Positions 49,197 to 62,269 of a DNA stretch of 64,000 nt are shown here, piece by piece. The stretch spans positions 43,400,001 through 43,464,000 of the forward strand of contig NC_079167.1 of the NCBI RefSeq assembly GCF_947568905.1, written 5' to 3'. The position numbers and the translations under genes are program-made. Under the pieces are notes generated by a model, which saw nothing but the letters and a program-made list of their open reading frames with translations, did no database searches and was not told the origin of the DNA. The number at the start of each line of letters is the position of its first letter. The first letter of the stretch is position 1. Origin of the DNA: Ostrea edulis (lineage: Eukaryota).

Positions 49197-49588
49197 TTCA
49201 TGACATTGTTCTTTATATACTTGTACTTGACAGTTTGTTTATTTGTTATGACATTGTTCTTTATATACTTGTACTTGACAGTTTGTTTATTTGTTATGAC
49301 ATTGTTCTTTATATACTTGTACTTGACAGTTTGTTTATTTGTTATGACATTGTTCTTTATATACTTGTACTTGACAGTTTGTTTATTTGTTATGACATTG
49401 TTCTTTATATACTTGTACTTGACAGTTTGTTTATTTGTTATGACATTGTTCTTTATATACTTGTACTTGACAGTTTGTTTATTTGTTATGACATTGTTCT
49501 TTATATACTTGTACTTGACAGTTTGTTTATTTGTTATGACATTGTTCTTTATATACTTGTACTTGACAGTTTGTTTATTTGTTATGAC
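49197..49588. repeat. 48-bp minisatellite, ~8 copies
   Basis: Unit ATGACATTGTTCTTTATATACTTGTACTTGACAGTTTGTTTATTTGTT; explains three overlapping repetitive ORFs. Confidence 0.95.
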
Positions 49589-50276
49589 GGTGGCTGCCAC
49601 CGTGTGTAATCAATGACAAATCTGGCTTATGGATCCAAGATTTTCGGAGATAAAAACGTTTTGTTACATACGCAAAAGGAAAGAGACGTAACTCCTGAAA
49701 ATGATATGATAGTCTGGGTGTGGTTAGATATGCGCTTTATAAATGAATATAATAATAATAATAATCTTGTTAAATGTTATGATATTGAATTACTTATCTG
49801 GCAAATTATGATCAATCAATTATTGCTTTTAGCACAGTAATATGATGAATTCAATTCCCCTCTTCTTCCTGTATAGCAACTGGGTTTCTAGATAGTAACA
49901 ATTTATAATCAAACGGGAAACAAAATATGTCTAAACAAGACAATTGTATTCATTTCCTTAAAATCATTATGATTAAAATGATTACATATCCAAATACGAA
50001 AGATCGATCATAACAAGGCGTGTATCCTCGATGACAAGTGCATGTGAACTTTGACTTTCCTTTCCCACAAGTAGTACTCGGTGAAAACGCAGGGCAAAAC
50101 TTCCGGTTCCTCCTATGTACGGATATCCTGATTTGAAACAAGAGTTTTACTTTAAAAACTGATATACAGGAGATAAAACCCCTAAATCTGAAAGAATTAC
50201 TTCTGATTTCCTATTACACACTTCATATAAAAACTACATATGGATATAAAGGTGGGAGCACTGTAAAGGGATATAA

Positions 50277-51383
50277 ATGGCAGAAAACAGCACGTATGCC
50301 GAGCACTGCTACGCGTGGTTGCGCGAGGATCTCTCGGACACCGTCACGCTAGATGAAGCTAACGCCAGATTTCAGGCCAGACATGTAGGAGGAATCGTCT
50401 TCGTTACGTTACTCAGTGCGATCGGCGTCATCGGGAATCTGCACGTCCTGGTGATGTTCTTACGTCACTACAAACGTTCATCTTACCGGACCTACATCCT
50501 GTGTCTGGGTGTGCTGGACATGATAAATTCCACCATCAGTATGCCGCTAACAGTTTTCTACCTCAGCCATCCTCTAAATTACTTCAACGACTTTTTCTGC
50601 AAGATCTACCGGTTTCTCTTATATTACATCAGCATTGCGTCTACCTTTATCTTGGTCATCATTGCAGTTGATCGATATAGAAAAATCAATACGCCACTTA
50701 AACGGCAATGGACGGAGAAGCAGACCTTCCGGATCTGTATGGCTGGATTGGTGTTTGGTTTAGTATTTGCGTGGCCGGCACCAGTTTTGTACGGAGGTAG
50801 TTCCGTGAATTTACCGGTGAATAACTTGACAGGACACCGATGTTACATAGAGGACAAGTTCAAACATACGTCATATACCGCTGTATTTAACATCGTTTTG
50901 ACGTCGTTATTTTTCCTGATTTTCACCATTCTTATAACATTGTATCATTTTATCTGGAGAGCTGTGAAGAGCCACGTAGATTTTTCTTTACAACATCAGA
51001 CGGGGTCACTGTCCTCCCTTGCGAATTCTATGTCTGTGGGGCTGGATAAACTGAAGAATTCCACGAAAGACGCAGATAAAACCGTCAGGAACCACAAGTA
51101 CCTACAGCTCCGCCGGACCACCATCACGCTCCTGTCGGTTACCATTGGTTACTTGTTATCCGCGTTTCCTCATCACTGCTTAGCGCTGGTCATCTTTGTT
51201 TTTCCGGACGTGGAATGCACAATGTCGTTTGGCGCCAGTGTCGTGTTTTACACATTTGTGTGGATATTTCTCGTCAATAATGTCATCAACCCAATTATCT
51301 ATTCCTTTTCTGATGTCCGATTTTTGAAACAACTAAAATTATCTTACGGCTGTGGAAATTCGGATGATATTGAATCCATTTGA
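50277..51383 (+). CDS. Intronless class A (rhodopsin-like) GPCR, peptide-receptor-like orphan, 368 aa
   Basis: Seven hydrophobic segments; GN in TM1, LGVLD in TM2, C-DRY in TM3, ECL2 Cys, SAFP in TM6, NPIIY in TM7; N-terminal NST sequon. Confidence 0.93.
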   Translation: MAENSTYAEHCYAWLREDLSDTVTLDEANARFQARHVGGIVFVTLLSAIGVIGNLHVLVMFLRHYKRSSYRTYILCLGVLDMINSTISMPLTVFYLSHPLNYFNDFFCKIYRFLLYYISIASTFILVIIAVDRYRKINTPLKRQWTEKQTFRICMAGLVFGLVFAWPAPVLYGGSSVNLPVNNLTGHRCYIEDKFKHTSYTAVFNIVLTSLFFLIFTILITLYHFIWRAVKSHVDFSLQHQTGSLSSLANSMSVGLDKLKNSTKDADKTVRNHKYLQLRRTTITLLSVTIGYLLSAFPHHCLALVIFVFPDVECTMSFGASVVFYTFVWIFLVNNVINPIIYSFSDVRFLKQLKLSYGCGNSDDIESI

Positions 51384-51469
51384 TAACACAGTGAATAGTT
51401 TACGTGTAGTTCATGCGACAACATAAAATGTGTATTATTCATCAGGAGTTATCTCATCAACACATTGCC

Positions 51470-51740
51470 ATTACAACTATCATTGGGTCAAATGCTGGCG
51501 TGTTTCATACCGAATGTTAGATTGTTCTTGGCACATTGAATTTGACTACAGATAATTCCGTTTATCTGACTAAGATATAGAGCTCACGGCGGTTGTGATC
51601 GGTCAACAGGAGATGCTTACTACTCCTAGGCACCTGATCCCACCTCTGGTATATCCGGGGTCCGTGTTTGCTTAACACTCTTTTGTATTGCTTATAGGAG
51701 TTATTCAGAGAGTAATCACTGTTCTTTATTTTCGCCTTTC
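51470..51740 (+). mobile_element. Naiad 3'-end fragment
   Basis: Aligns to ~47355-47630. Confidence 0.8.
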
Positions 51741-53874
51741 ATTTATCAATCTACCTAAAACTAGACGCTATACAGGAGAGAATTATAATTTCTGTTTGAA
51801 CCGAGATATTATGACAACGTAAACAAAGCAAATCACGTGATGAAGGATCCGTTTAGGGACACAAAAGGAAAACCCTATTAGTCCGGACCTGGCGTTACTT
51901 TCTACAAAAAGCTTACCCATAATCGTTCTAGATTGCCACCGAAGGCGGAATTCTAAAGTATGTGGACATAGTAGACGTATAAACCTTTAAATAATGACAT
52001 TCCATTTCCGGCAAGGGCTGCGAGATGATCTATACGTATACGTTAATCCAAAAGAACGGCTAATTTTGTCTGTAATGATAATAGTAGGGGGTCTATATAC
52101 TATCCCCTATTAAAAAGCAAGGAATGAAACGAATTTTTACTCAAAACTTCAAAATAGTTTGAAATTCTGTTTTTATCGTCACCCACCCCTTCTTCCTGAC
52201 ATACATACATGTATATCTTACCGTTAAGATTGATTTTTAGGTTCCCAATATTGCACGGAACGGTTCGGTTCGTTTTTAAGGTGTAGTAGCACGTTTCAGG
52301 GTCTGTATAAAGTACTTACTATCCCCATCCGGGTGATTTACTGTTTTTTGATTTTGGATTGATGAAGAATAAATGTCACAGAATTTACTCCGTATTAAAG
52401 TTTACAATAGAAGATCCTGTCAATTCTTTCTTAAGATTACTCCATACTCGTATTATTATCTGATAAAAGTTTAAAATGTGTATTTATTTCAATGTATTAG
52501 AAATAAAACTGATAAATCATCAAATAAAATATATAGGCAATTAATCGGACGTTTATAGATGCGAGAAATATCTCATAGGCAGAAAATTGTAATTTTCCTT
52601 TAACAGCATTATCAAAATTTCACAAAAAAGTTTCATGAAACTGTTTCTTTACAAAACTATTCAAGATTTCTGTAAAAAATAATAATAAAGAAAATCTGTC
52701 ACATAATGAACTTGATAAAGGATTCAATGAAAACAAAGTTATTGACCTTGGACTCAATGTTTTGAAACATATAATTGATTATTTATATATATCTTAAGAC
52801 TTTTTAGATATTTTATGTTTAACAAGATTTTTTACAATAACAATTGGGAAATACCCCGACAAAATTCATAGTAACATCACACATAAATCTAAATATAAAA
52901 TTGATTTTGCAAAATCTTATGACGTCACAGGAGAGGGGAACTACTTTAAACTGTTAACATTTGAATTACAAATTGTCAGAAATTTAAGAATTGTGGAAGC
53001 AGGCAATGATATAAACTTCCTTCCGTTCACCTTGTGATTTCCTTTGAGAGAATCACTCAGCAATTTGCAATACATCAGCGATAGACGGTGAGAATTCAAA
53101 TCTACAGTGCCTGCAAGCGCCCTGGCATCTTTCATGATATAAAAACTATAATGGGAGTTTTGTTGATTGATTTATTGTTTTTACGTCTCGTCAAGAAGCC
53201 CCGGAAACTCACGGGATTTACCAATGAATTCATAAATTTTCCGTGCATAAAACCAGGGTTTGTCAATTTCTTAGAAGAATTAACAAAATTAATTTCTATG
53301 GTGTTTTATAATGCCAGAGCTCACCGCGTGTATTCATTTTGGACTGACTTTACATTTGATTTACAAATTGTGTTTAAAATATACATTTGTAGTAGTTGGG
53401 CATTCTGCCACTACTATTGATATGTTCTTTTTACTTTGCGTTGTGTGTGTTTTTTTAATGATGATAGGTGTTATATAAAGTATTCAACCCTTTAGATTTC
53501 TCCAGGTAAGTTTGAGTCCGCCTAGAGTGAGGCTAGCAATTAAATAATAAATAAATAAAGTTTTAAACCTTTAATAAAGTTCGACAATTGTATGATAAAT
53601 ACCAAAATAATAATCCCGGGGAATGAATGTGGCTTGATAGAAAAATATAACTAAATAGGAAAAATAAAGAAACAATAATCAAAATTACGGGGTGAGGCAA
53701 CTCCTGATATTTACCTTGTTGCAAGGAATGGCTCAGCAGAAGCCCCGAGCACGGTAATTTACGTAGACAAGTAAGTAGAAAATAATGAAATGGAGATAAT
53801 ATAGACCGATACTACCACATTATTGAATGGTATACTTATGGTGAATGACAAAAACAGTATCCTAATTCCGTGTA

Positions 53875-53942
<68 letters not shown>

Positions 53943-53997
53943 TATTTTCCAATCAAGGGCCCTCAAGGGGCAGCATGAAAATATATACAAATACTAA

Positions 53998-56900
53998 TGT
54001 GGTAGTTTGAGTTTTATTTTTACTTTTATTTCTGGATTTCGATCCCGATGTAAATTATTCACCCGTTGTATTTGACCACGCCCACTTTATCTTTCAGCCA
54101 ATAACTTTAATGACAGTTTCTATTGTTTAATTTGCTATATAAAGCCATGCAACTTACTATTCGTTGAAGCGAGACAGCTGGCCTTGCTAGCTACTCTTCT
54201 CCTTCCATTATTCCTATTTTGGTATTACGTTTTGTTCGTCTACTTTGCCCTTTTTACTTACTAAATTATCATATTACCTTTGGGTTGGGAGATTTCTTGA
54301 TAGTTTCTAGGCTAAGTTCTAGGCTTTAGGAGTTTGTCTTTGTCACATTCATACTGGTAATAAATTCGTAAAGTGCTATTTCTCTTATTTTCATTTCTAA
54401 GTTTAAAATCATAGTGTAGTTGGGTCGTTTCGTGGTCGCCACTATCAAAATAAAATAAAACTAACACAACGCGAAGTACAGACTATACGAACGCCAGACC
54501 TGCTACATTATTTGGTGGACCGTGACCAGGATAGGATTTTCATTGTTGTGGGGAAGTGGTTGTTAAAGACACGTGCTTCACGCAGCGAGTCCTATTCAGC
54601 GATACGAACTGCTGCCTTATTTGTTCGACCGCGACAACTCAGGATAGAATTTCTATTGTTGTTGGGCAGTGAGTCTTTTTCAGCGATTGGGATTTTGGCT
54701 GAATTCTTTCGTCATATTTTTAGGGAAAGTTTTTTTTCCCTTTACATTTACCTTTATTATTTTGTTGTTGATATTTTCAACAGTGAACTATTTTTGCTCA
54801 CCATGCAGTTATGCAAAGGGGTTTCAAACCTTTATCAGATTTAGACCATAGGATAGATCTCTTAACCGCGAAATGTGCTTTGTTAGAAAGCCAAATCAAA
54901 GTTAAGTTAGAACAGAATGGAGGTCGTTTTCAAGAGAGACGGTTCTTGCATGAATCAGTCGATTTTAGGAAAGAAATTAATCCACCATTGTTTGATGGGC
55001 GTTACGATATCCGAGAATTTTTCATTCAGTTTGAACATGCTGCAAAGTGGAATGGCTGGAGTGAGAGAGAGTGTGCCAATCAGCTTCTTATGTCTTTACG
55101 TGGCTCAGGAAGACACATTCTATCTGAAATTCCTTTAGCCGTGTCCTTAGATTTTCAAACATTGAAAGATATTTTACGGAATTGTTTTTGTCTATCGGCA
55201 TTTGAGGATTTTTACAGAATTCAAGAACAGGGTTAGAGAAGAAGGAAACTATTTCAGACTTTGGTCATTCCTTGCGGAGACTGGCATTAAAAGCGTATTC
55301 TTGTTCTTTTAGCTCGATAGAAACTCACGTTATTGACCAGTTTGTATTTGGCTTAAGAGATGCCGACTTAATGAAACATGTTTACATTAGTCGTCCTGCA
55401 TCTTTAGATGAAGCCATTGCATCTGCTGCTGAGTTTGAAGATTTCATTGAGCAAAATGCGTATGTTAAACAGAACATTGCATGTGATTCCGACACACCAG
55501 TTAATACAAATTCTGTAAGAGCTCTTATTCGTAGAGAAATCCAAGCCGCTCTTGATTTGTATACGGTCGATGAAAAGAACAAAGTACTGGAAACTAATGC
55601 CATATCTCAGATTAAGAATGATCCTGACTGTGCGTCAAAGTCAACCCAAAATATCGGGAAACTCACAAGTTCTGATGCTTGGGCCGTGACATCAGATCTA
55701 GAACGTTCAAACATTACCGAACACAGTAGGCCACCCGAAATTTTGACGAGTACCAAACAGAACGAACTCGCCGAAATCAATAGAGAGTCATTTCATTCGG
55801 ATGGCGAAGTTCCTATTTGTAACTCGAATGATAGTCACATACCTATCGATAGTTGCGAGTCAGAGTTGAAATCGGTTTGCGTTGCGACTTCTTTGAATCC
55901 TGAAGCAAAGGAATTCATTCCTAGATCGGAATTTTCTTTAGAGCCTTCAGTTGAAAAGTTTGACTTGCGTTCTGTTTTTACGTTGAAACTTGATGGGAGG
56001 ACTGTTCCCCCTGGTCAAGTTTGTGCCTTGGTGAGGAGCCAGTGCACAAGCACTAATTCGGTCCGTTATGCAGTAGAGTCGCTGGTATTACCGCGTAAAT
56101 TTACTCTATTATACATTTTTCTTTAAATTCTCTTATTTATTCATTTACCAGTAATTATGATATTACTTATATTTACTTTTTCATATATCTAGCACTCTTG
56201 CTAAACATGCTTTCAGATTATTTTTTAGTTTCTGGTGGGACATGGATGACAGTTACAAACGGAATCCAGAGATTGATGCATGGAACACATGGTTTTCAAC
56301 TCTGTGGGATTTCCGTGATTCATGATCTTCGGAGTATCTGGACCTAAGAACCGAAATCAGTGAACGTGATGTGTCAGTGTTGTGAACTATTCCTGTTTTC
56401 GCGCTCCTGACATTTTGGTGAAGTCAATGCGTCGATACTAACCGAGGAGAACTGTTACGTTACCTGCCTTTTGATGAACTTTTCATGATACATGGACTTT
56501 TCTTCAAAATGAACTTTCGTATATAACGTATACTGGACATTCATTCATATATTTTGTACAATGTATACCATTGTTTTCCATGGGGAGAAGAGGGGTTTAT
56601 TTTTCATTTCTATATCCTAGCTATTAGTCAAATGTATAGCATTTGTCTTTAAGGGGGGAGGAATGTGGTAGTTTGGGTTTTACTTTTACTTTATTTCTGG
56701 ATTTCGATCCCGATGTAAATTATTCACCCGTTGTATTTGACCACGCCCACTTTATCTTTCAGCCAATAACTTTAATGACAGTTTCTATTGTTTAATTTGC
56801 TATATAAAGCCATGCAACTTACTATTCGTTGAAGCGAGACAGCTGGCCTTGCTAGCTACTCTTCTCCTTCCATTATTCCTATTTTGGTATTACGTTTTGT

Positions 56901-57187
56901 TCGTCTACTTTGCCCTTTTTACTTACTAAATTATTATATTACCTTTGGGTTGGGAGATTTCTTGATAGTTTCTAGACTAAGTTCTAGGCTTTAGGAGTTT
57001 GTCTTTGTCACATTCATACTGGTAATAAATTCGTAAAGTGTTATTTCTCTTATTTTCATTTCTATTGAATTTATTTTCAAGTTTAAAATCATAGTGTAGT
57101 TGGGTCGTTTCGGAGTCGCCACTATCAAAATAAAATAAAACAAACACAACGCGAAGTACAGACTATACGAACGCCAGACCTGCTACA
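53998..57187 (+). mobile_element. Non-autonomous Gypsy-type LTR element (gag only)
   Basis: LTRs 53998-54507 and 56664-57187 (TG...CA, roughly 98% identical by eye plus one ~14-bp indel); PBS-like TGGTGGACCG after the 5' LTR; PPT AAGGGGGGAGGAA; capsid-like gag 54811-56126 with one frameshift; no pol; no clean TSD. Confidence 0.9.
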
Positions 57188-58069
57188 CTGTACATACAAA
57201 TACAAATATTTATTGGCACAAACACAATTACAATAATTGGCAAAGGTCCATTGAACATCAATCCATAATGTTTACATAATTTTTATGTAGTTGAAAGTAA
57301 TCCGACTTAACTCACTATGAGTTAAGTCCTGTTATTGAAATGAACAAAACAAGTATTTGTTGTTCAGGCAAAGAAACATAACTCTTGCAATCAATTGAAT
57401 TGCGCAGTTTTGACACTATCCCCCCCAAATACCTATTATGACACCTTCCCTCTTTCTAATCCCTGGGTATATATAGTGCGCAAGCGCTAATTGCCGGTCC
57501 TTGTCGAGTTGCATGTCAACGAAAATCCAAATTGAACAGATCTGGAATTTCAATTCAACACCATCACCCTGTCCTCGACTGATTCACCATATATTTGGGT
57601 ATGATAAAAACATATCTAAACTGCGAAAATGTTGCGACGTACCAAGCGACCATCTAAATCGCCTTATGCTAGACCGGCACAACATCCAGCTCTTCGGTCA
57701 TTGCCCACACAGAATCTGACCCCTGCAATTCCAACCCGGATTCAGCCCCGTCCGACATCAAATCAACCCCGAGAGCTATCATTTAATCACAAAGGTCGCC
57801 TCCCAGCCTAATCGCGGAAACCACCGCACCCACGTGCACACAGCCACCGGCGACACCCTTCATAACAGGTGAAAATCCCCTTTCTTAACGCACAGCATGC
57901 AGCATTTTTATAATTTTCGTAATTTTATTTCATATTATTGATGTTTTGCTAGCATTGTTTTGATATTACCTGCCTTAATGCTATGGTAATTTCCATTTAC
58001 TACTTTAATAACACGCTGTATCAATTTTATTGTGTGCAGTGCTTAATGGTTATTTATTATAATATAATT

Positions 58070-59020
58070 ATTATGCGCCCCCCCCCCTTTCAAGGAAGAG
58101 GGGCATATATTAGTTTGCACCTGATGGTTGGCAGACTACGTGTTGCCCGCTTAATTCATCGTAATGATATTTCATATGGGAGTTGTTAACTTGGATGAGT
58201 TGACGAGGACCCCTATTGTTTTTCTGGTCAAGGGTCAATCTTCTCTGGACATAGGAATACCTAGTCTGCTCAATATCTTGAGAACCCTTTGCTTGACAGA
58301 CATCAAACTTAGTACACTGGTACATCCCAAAGAGTAGATAACCCCTATTGATTTTGAGGTCACATGGTCAAGGGTCAAACAGGACATAGAAATTATATAC
58401 TGACCACTCAATGTCTAGAGAACCCTTTGCTTGACAGACATCAAACTTGGTACACTGGTACATCATCAGAAGATGACCCCTCTTGATTTTAAGTCACATG
58501 GTTAAAGGCCAAGGGTCAAACTGGACATATGTATATATTGACCACTTAATGTCTAGATAACCTTTTGCTTGACAGACATCAAATTTGGTACACTGGTGCA
58601 TCTTCAGGAGATGACCCACCTTGATTTTGAGGTCACATGGCCAAAGGTCAATGGTCAAACTGGACATAGAAATATATTGTCCAATCAATATCTTGAGAAC
58701 CCTTTGCTTGACAGACATCAAATTTGGTACATCTTAAGGAGAAGATGACCCCTATTGATTTTGAGGTCACGTGGTCAATGGTTTAATTGTTTCCTAATTT
58801 TAACAATTCTTCGCTTTACTGACACCAAATCTGGTACAGCATAAGAAGTAGATGACCCCCATTGATACTTGGTCAATCCACTCCTGACATTGGAAGATAT
58901 TGTCTGCTCTATTTCGAATTGGTGATACTACTATCAATCAAATTAGGCAAGTGTATACCCGTTTTCAATTTTGCACCATGGGGGCATATACATGTATGTT
59001 TTACAAACACATCTTGTTAT
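58070..59020 (-). mobile_element. HINE-like element with ~138-bp internal tandem repeats
   Basis: Same AACAAGATGTGTTTGT start as 22750-23125; repeat phase at 58281, 58419, ~58556, 58696; terminal CCCC/GGGG hairpin. Confidence 0.7.
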
Positions 59021-59504
59021 TACAAGCATTACTGATGAACTTGGGGCTCACGTTTCTCAAGCCATCAAAGATCAAATTTGGGCAAAGCATTATGTCAATT
59101 TACCTTAACTCTTGAATTCACAATCACACAACAACCATGATACACACAAATGTTCAATCATACAAGGTCAATTAGTTCTCGAATCCATCATCAAACATAA
59201 CAAAATTCCCACGATTCATAACTCCATAGATGGATTTTTGATATTCGCAAGTATATATTTAGCTAGGCACCCTTCTGACATCCAGGGCATCTAAAAAATA
59301 TATTCATGCCATTCGCATAGCACATGATCGTAACTAGTTCTAACCGGCTCGAGTACGATAGGTGTTCAGGCCAACAACAACAAAATCCCTCAACCTCCTT
59401 TGGTTCCATTGATGCTGAGTTATGGTTCATGTATATATGCAATCCTATGTTTCCTACCAGGTAACCCTTCAAATCAGTGAAAAACCACAGACACATTGCT
59501 ACAT

Positions 59505-60683
59505 TACGGCGGCGTAGAAAGGCCAGGTAAAAAAAAAAAAATTATTCGTTCGGACGAATTAGTAACGGAGTGTAACACATTCAATAAGAAACTAAAGTTT
59601 TGTATAGAGCGACAATAATGCAATTATGCGCCAATCAGAGCCTATCAAAGTTTTGTCAACGCAAATCTGGATATCCAAATTTTATATCAATTTTTCTTTA
59701 TAGCAATTAGGGGCCTAGAACAATTTTAGAACATAAATTTCCCAGAAGTGTAAGGAGGGGGCACAAACATACTCTTCTCCCCACTCCCTACTTTTGAAAG
59801 TGTTGTGGGGACACGAGCAGGCGCGTAGCATCGTTTTTGAAAGGGGGAAGCTGGAGGCCAGCCAAAAAGGAGTGGGGGGGGGGGGGGATCAGCCGGACCA
59901 AAAGAATTTTAATATGTAAAAAAAAGAAAAAAAAAAAGGGAAGATTTTTTTAAAAAGTGGGGAGAGGACCAGGCCCTTACTGTCCCCCTCCCTCCCTGTT
60001 GCTATACGTCCCTGACGAGTATCCGCTGCCAACCCTCCCTACAAGCTTATAGATCTCTGTATATGTATGTATGTATGTATACATGTACATGTATCTACAG
60101 AGCTTTCTATAAAGACAGCATATATCATTTTGTCCTATCGAAAAACTTTTTTGTCATTTTTAGCTTGTTATTTCAGGGGTTGGGGTGGTTATGTAGTTTA
60201 CTGTATTTACCGTCGCCATCTTCATGATGTTTATATGGAAAATTTTGGAATTAAATCTCATTTTAGCATGTGCCCCAATTTAAGCTTTGTGCTTCCCAAT
60301 CACCACTTTATGATGTTTCACTACGGCATTGGCGTTGCCTTATAGCTAATTAGAAATTCGTCCGAAGAAATTACTTATATGCCCGAACAAATTTACTTAT
60401 TCGTTCGAACGAATTTCTACTTCGTCCGAACAAATTGCTAATTCGTCCGAACGAATTACTAATTTGTCCGAACAAATAGCTAATTCGTCCGAACGAATTG
60501 CTAATTTGTCCGAACAAATAGCTAATTCGTCCGAACAAATAACTTATTTGTCCGAACAAATAGCTAATTCGTCCGAACGAATAAATAATTCGTCCGAACA
60601 AATTGCTAATTCGTCCGAATGAATTACTAATTCGTCCGAACGAATAATATTTTTTTTTTACTTGGCCTTTCTACGCCGCCGTA
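59505..60683. mobile_element. IS3EU-like non-autonomous element with a nested MITE
   Basis: TACGGCGGCGTAGAAAGGCC...GGCCTTTCTACGCCGCCGTA; perfect 6-bp TSD CTACAT; 11/22-bp TTCGTCCGAAC subrepeats at 60370-60650; nested CAGG...CCTG insert 59818-60014. Confidence 0.8.
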
Positions 60684-60789
60684 CTACATACACACTGGTA
60701 CATTTAAATATTCATTGTTTGATTCAAAATATTCAGTGAATTATGGATTCATTGACCTCAAATGTTGCGATCATCACTTTAAAGGCCCA

Positions 60790-62080
60790 TGCCTTAAACC
60801 ACACAGCATCAACTTATCAAATGGGCATAAACTCTCTTCAAACTTTCGTACCAAATATGAATTCCAGCTATGTTGGCCCCCACCAGTCCACCAGTGTATC
60901 AACTATATTGCTTTCTTAAGTACCACCTAGGTATCGTTTTCAACGGCTAGGTGCATTAGTTATAAAATTCAGTTAGAGGGCGGTATTGACAACACAAAAC
61001 CTTCATAGTAAGCTCAATCCTACAGGGATTCCATAGGCTGAACCAAGTAAAGCATGCCCGTTTCCCTATCACTCTTCGTATATCTATCCTACCAATAGTT
61101 TGTTCAAGTTCATACGAAGCCGCCACGTTTCCCACCGCATTTCAGTTGGCAATTTTTGCATTGTTGCGGGTTGTTGCTAATCATGCCGCTCCTACACTAT
61201 TATACACTCGCGTATCAATAGGTGATGTACATATTTCGTTGTTTATAACTGGCTCAAAACATCAATGCAATAGGGGTTCTATGTTGCACTTTTCACTCAA
61301 CTCACGAGCAGATTTATTGTTCCAGCACATGCACAATTTTTTGTCCATTAGACCAATCACGTGGCCCATTTTACTGCCACCTTAATGCCAAACCGCTCAC
61401 AAAATATCAACTTGCATCATTATTGCACAGACCTATTGAATTCATCGGTCTAGATCCCCAACACAAAATTGAGGCTAGAGGCAGATGGAAATGTGAATCA
61501 TTTAATGCCTATATCAGAGCCTAAAAATTCAAATTTTTAAGTATACCTGCAATATTGTGCGTCCTAATTCAATACTACTGTCTGGATTATTGCCTCTTCC
61601 ATTATTCATTATCCTGCCCGCCGTATATGGATTTACTACAGCACATCTTTTTAGTGTGGTAAGAGTGGCATGGTGTGGAAGGAGGTGGAGCCCAAAGGGG
61701 CAAGCCTGATGTTATATTAATTAATTGGGGAGGGGGGCCGTATTGGTACAACGCCATTGGCTAGATTGCAAAAATTTCTGAAATTAACTATTGCCAGGAT
61801 GCCTATTTACAAACTTCCTCCACAAACTCGGTTCATATCATCCCAGATCCTCCCCAGGCGTTACTATACACATACGTTCTCAATATTGCAGCAGACAACG
61901 CACGTACGAGTATTATCAAATATTTAGCTCCATTCGTAACATCACACAATGCCGAATACATAAAATACCTTCAAATGTCTTCAACAATGCTCTTCCAAAT
62001 TTCACAGACACAGTATGCATTGTCTGATATTGCTCAGGTTATGTATTTAAACAGTATCTGGGATGGATTGCTCAGCATTG
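60790..62080 (+). mobile_element. Highly decayed Ngaro-like element (tyrosine recombinase plus SGNH-like remnant)
   Basis: AIFALLRV, FYCHLNAKPLTKYQ, GRWKCESFNAYIR, then GKSGMVW, PDVILINWGG and LSDIAQVMYLN remnants. Confidence 0.5.
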
Positions 62081-62269
62081 TTTAAAGAAACGCTAGAATA
62101 TTTCCTTAACCTAACTACTATTTGATAAGCAGTCTCCCTGTCATGGCTCGAGCAAAATTTTGCCCGCTTGTGGCGGATGAACATTTCTTAAACATACATG
62201 AAGACATATGGCCGAATTTTGCTAAGCCTGCCACAGATTTTGTTTCAGTCCAGGTCCGTGGCCAATAAT

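Noticed and set aside
49076-49616. Repetitive membrane-like ORFs (also 60371-60601)
   Set aside because: Artefacts of tandem repeats with unit lengths that keep frames open.
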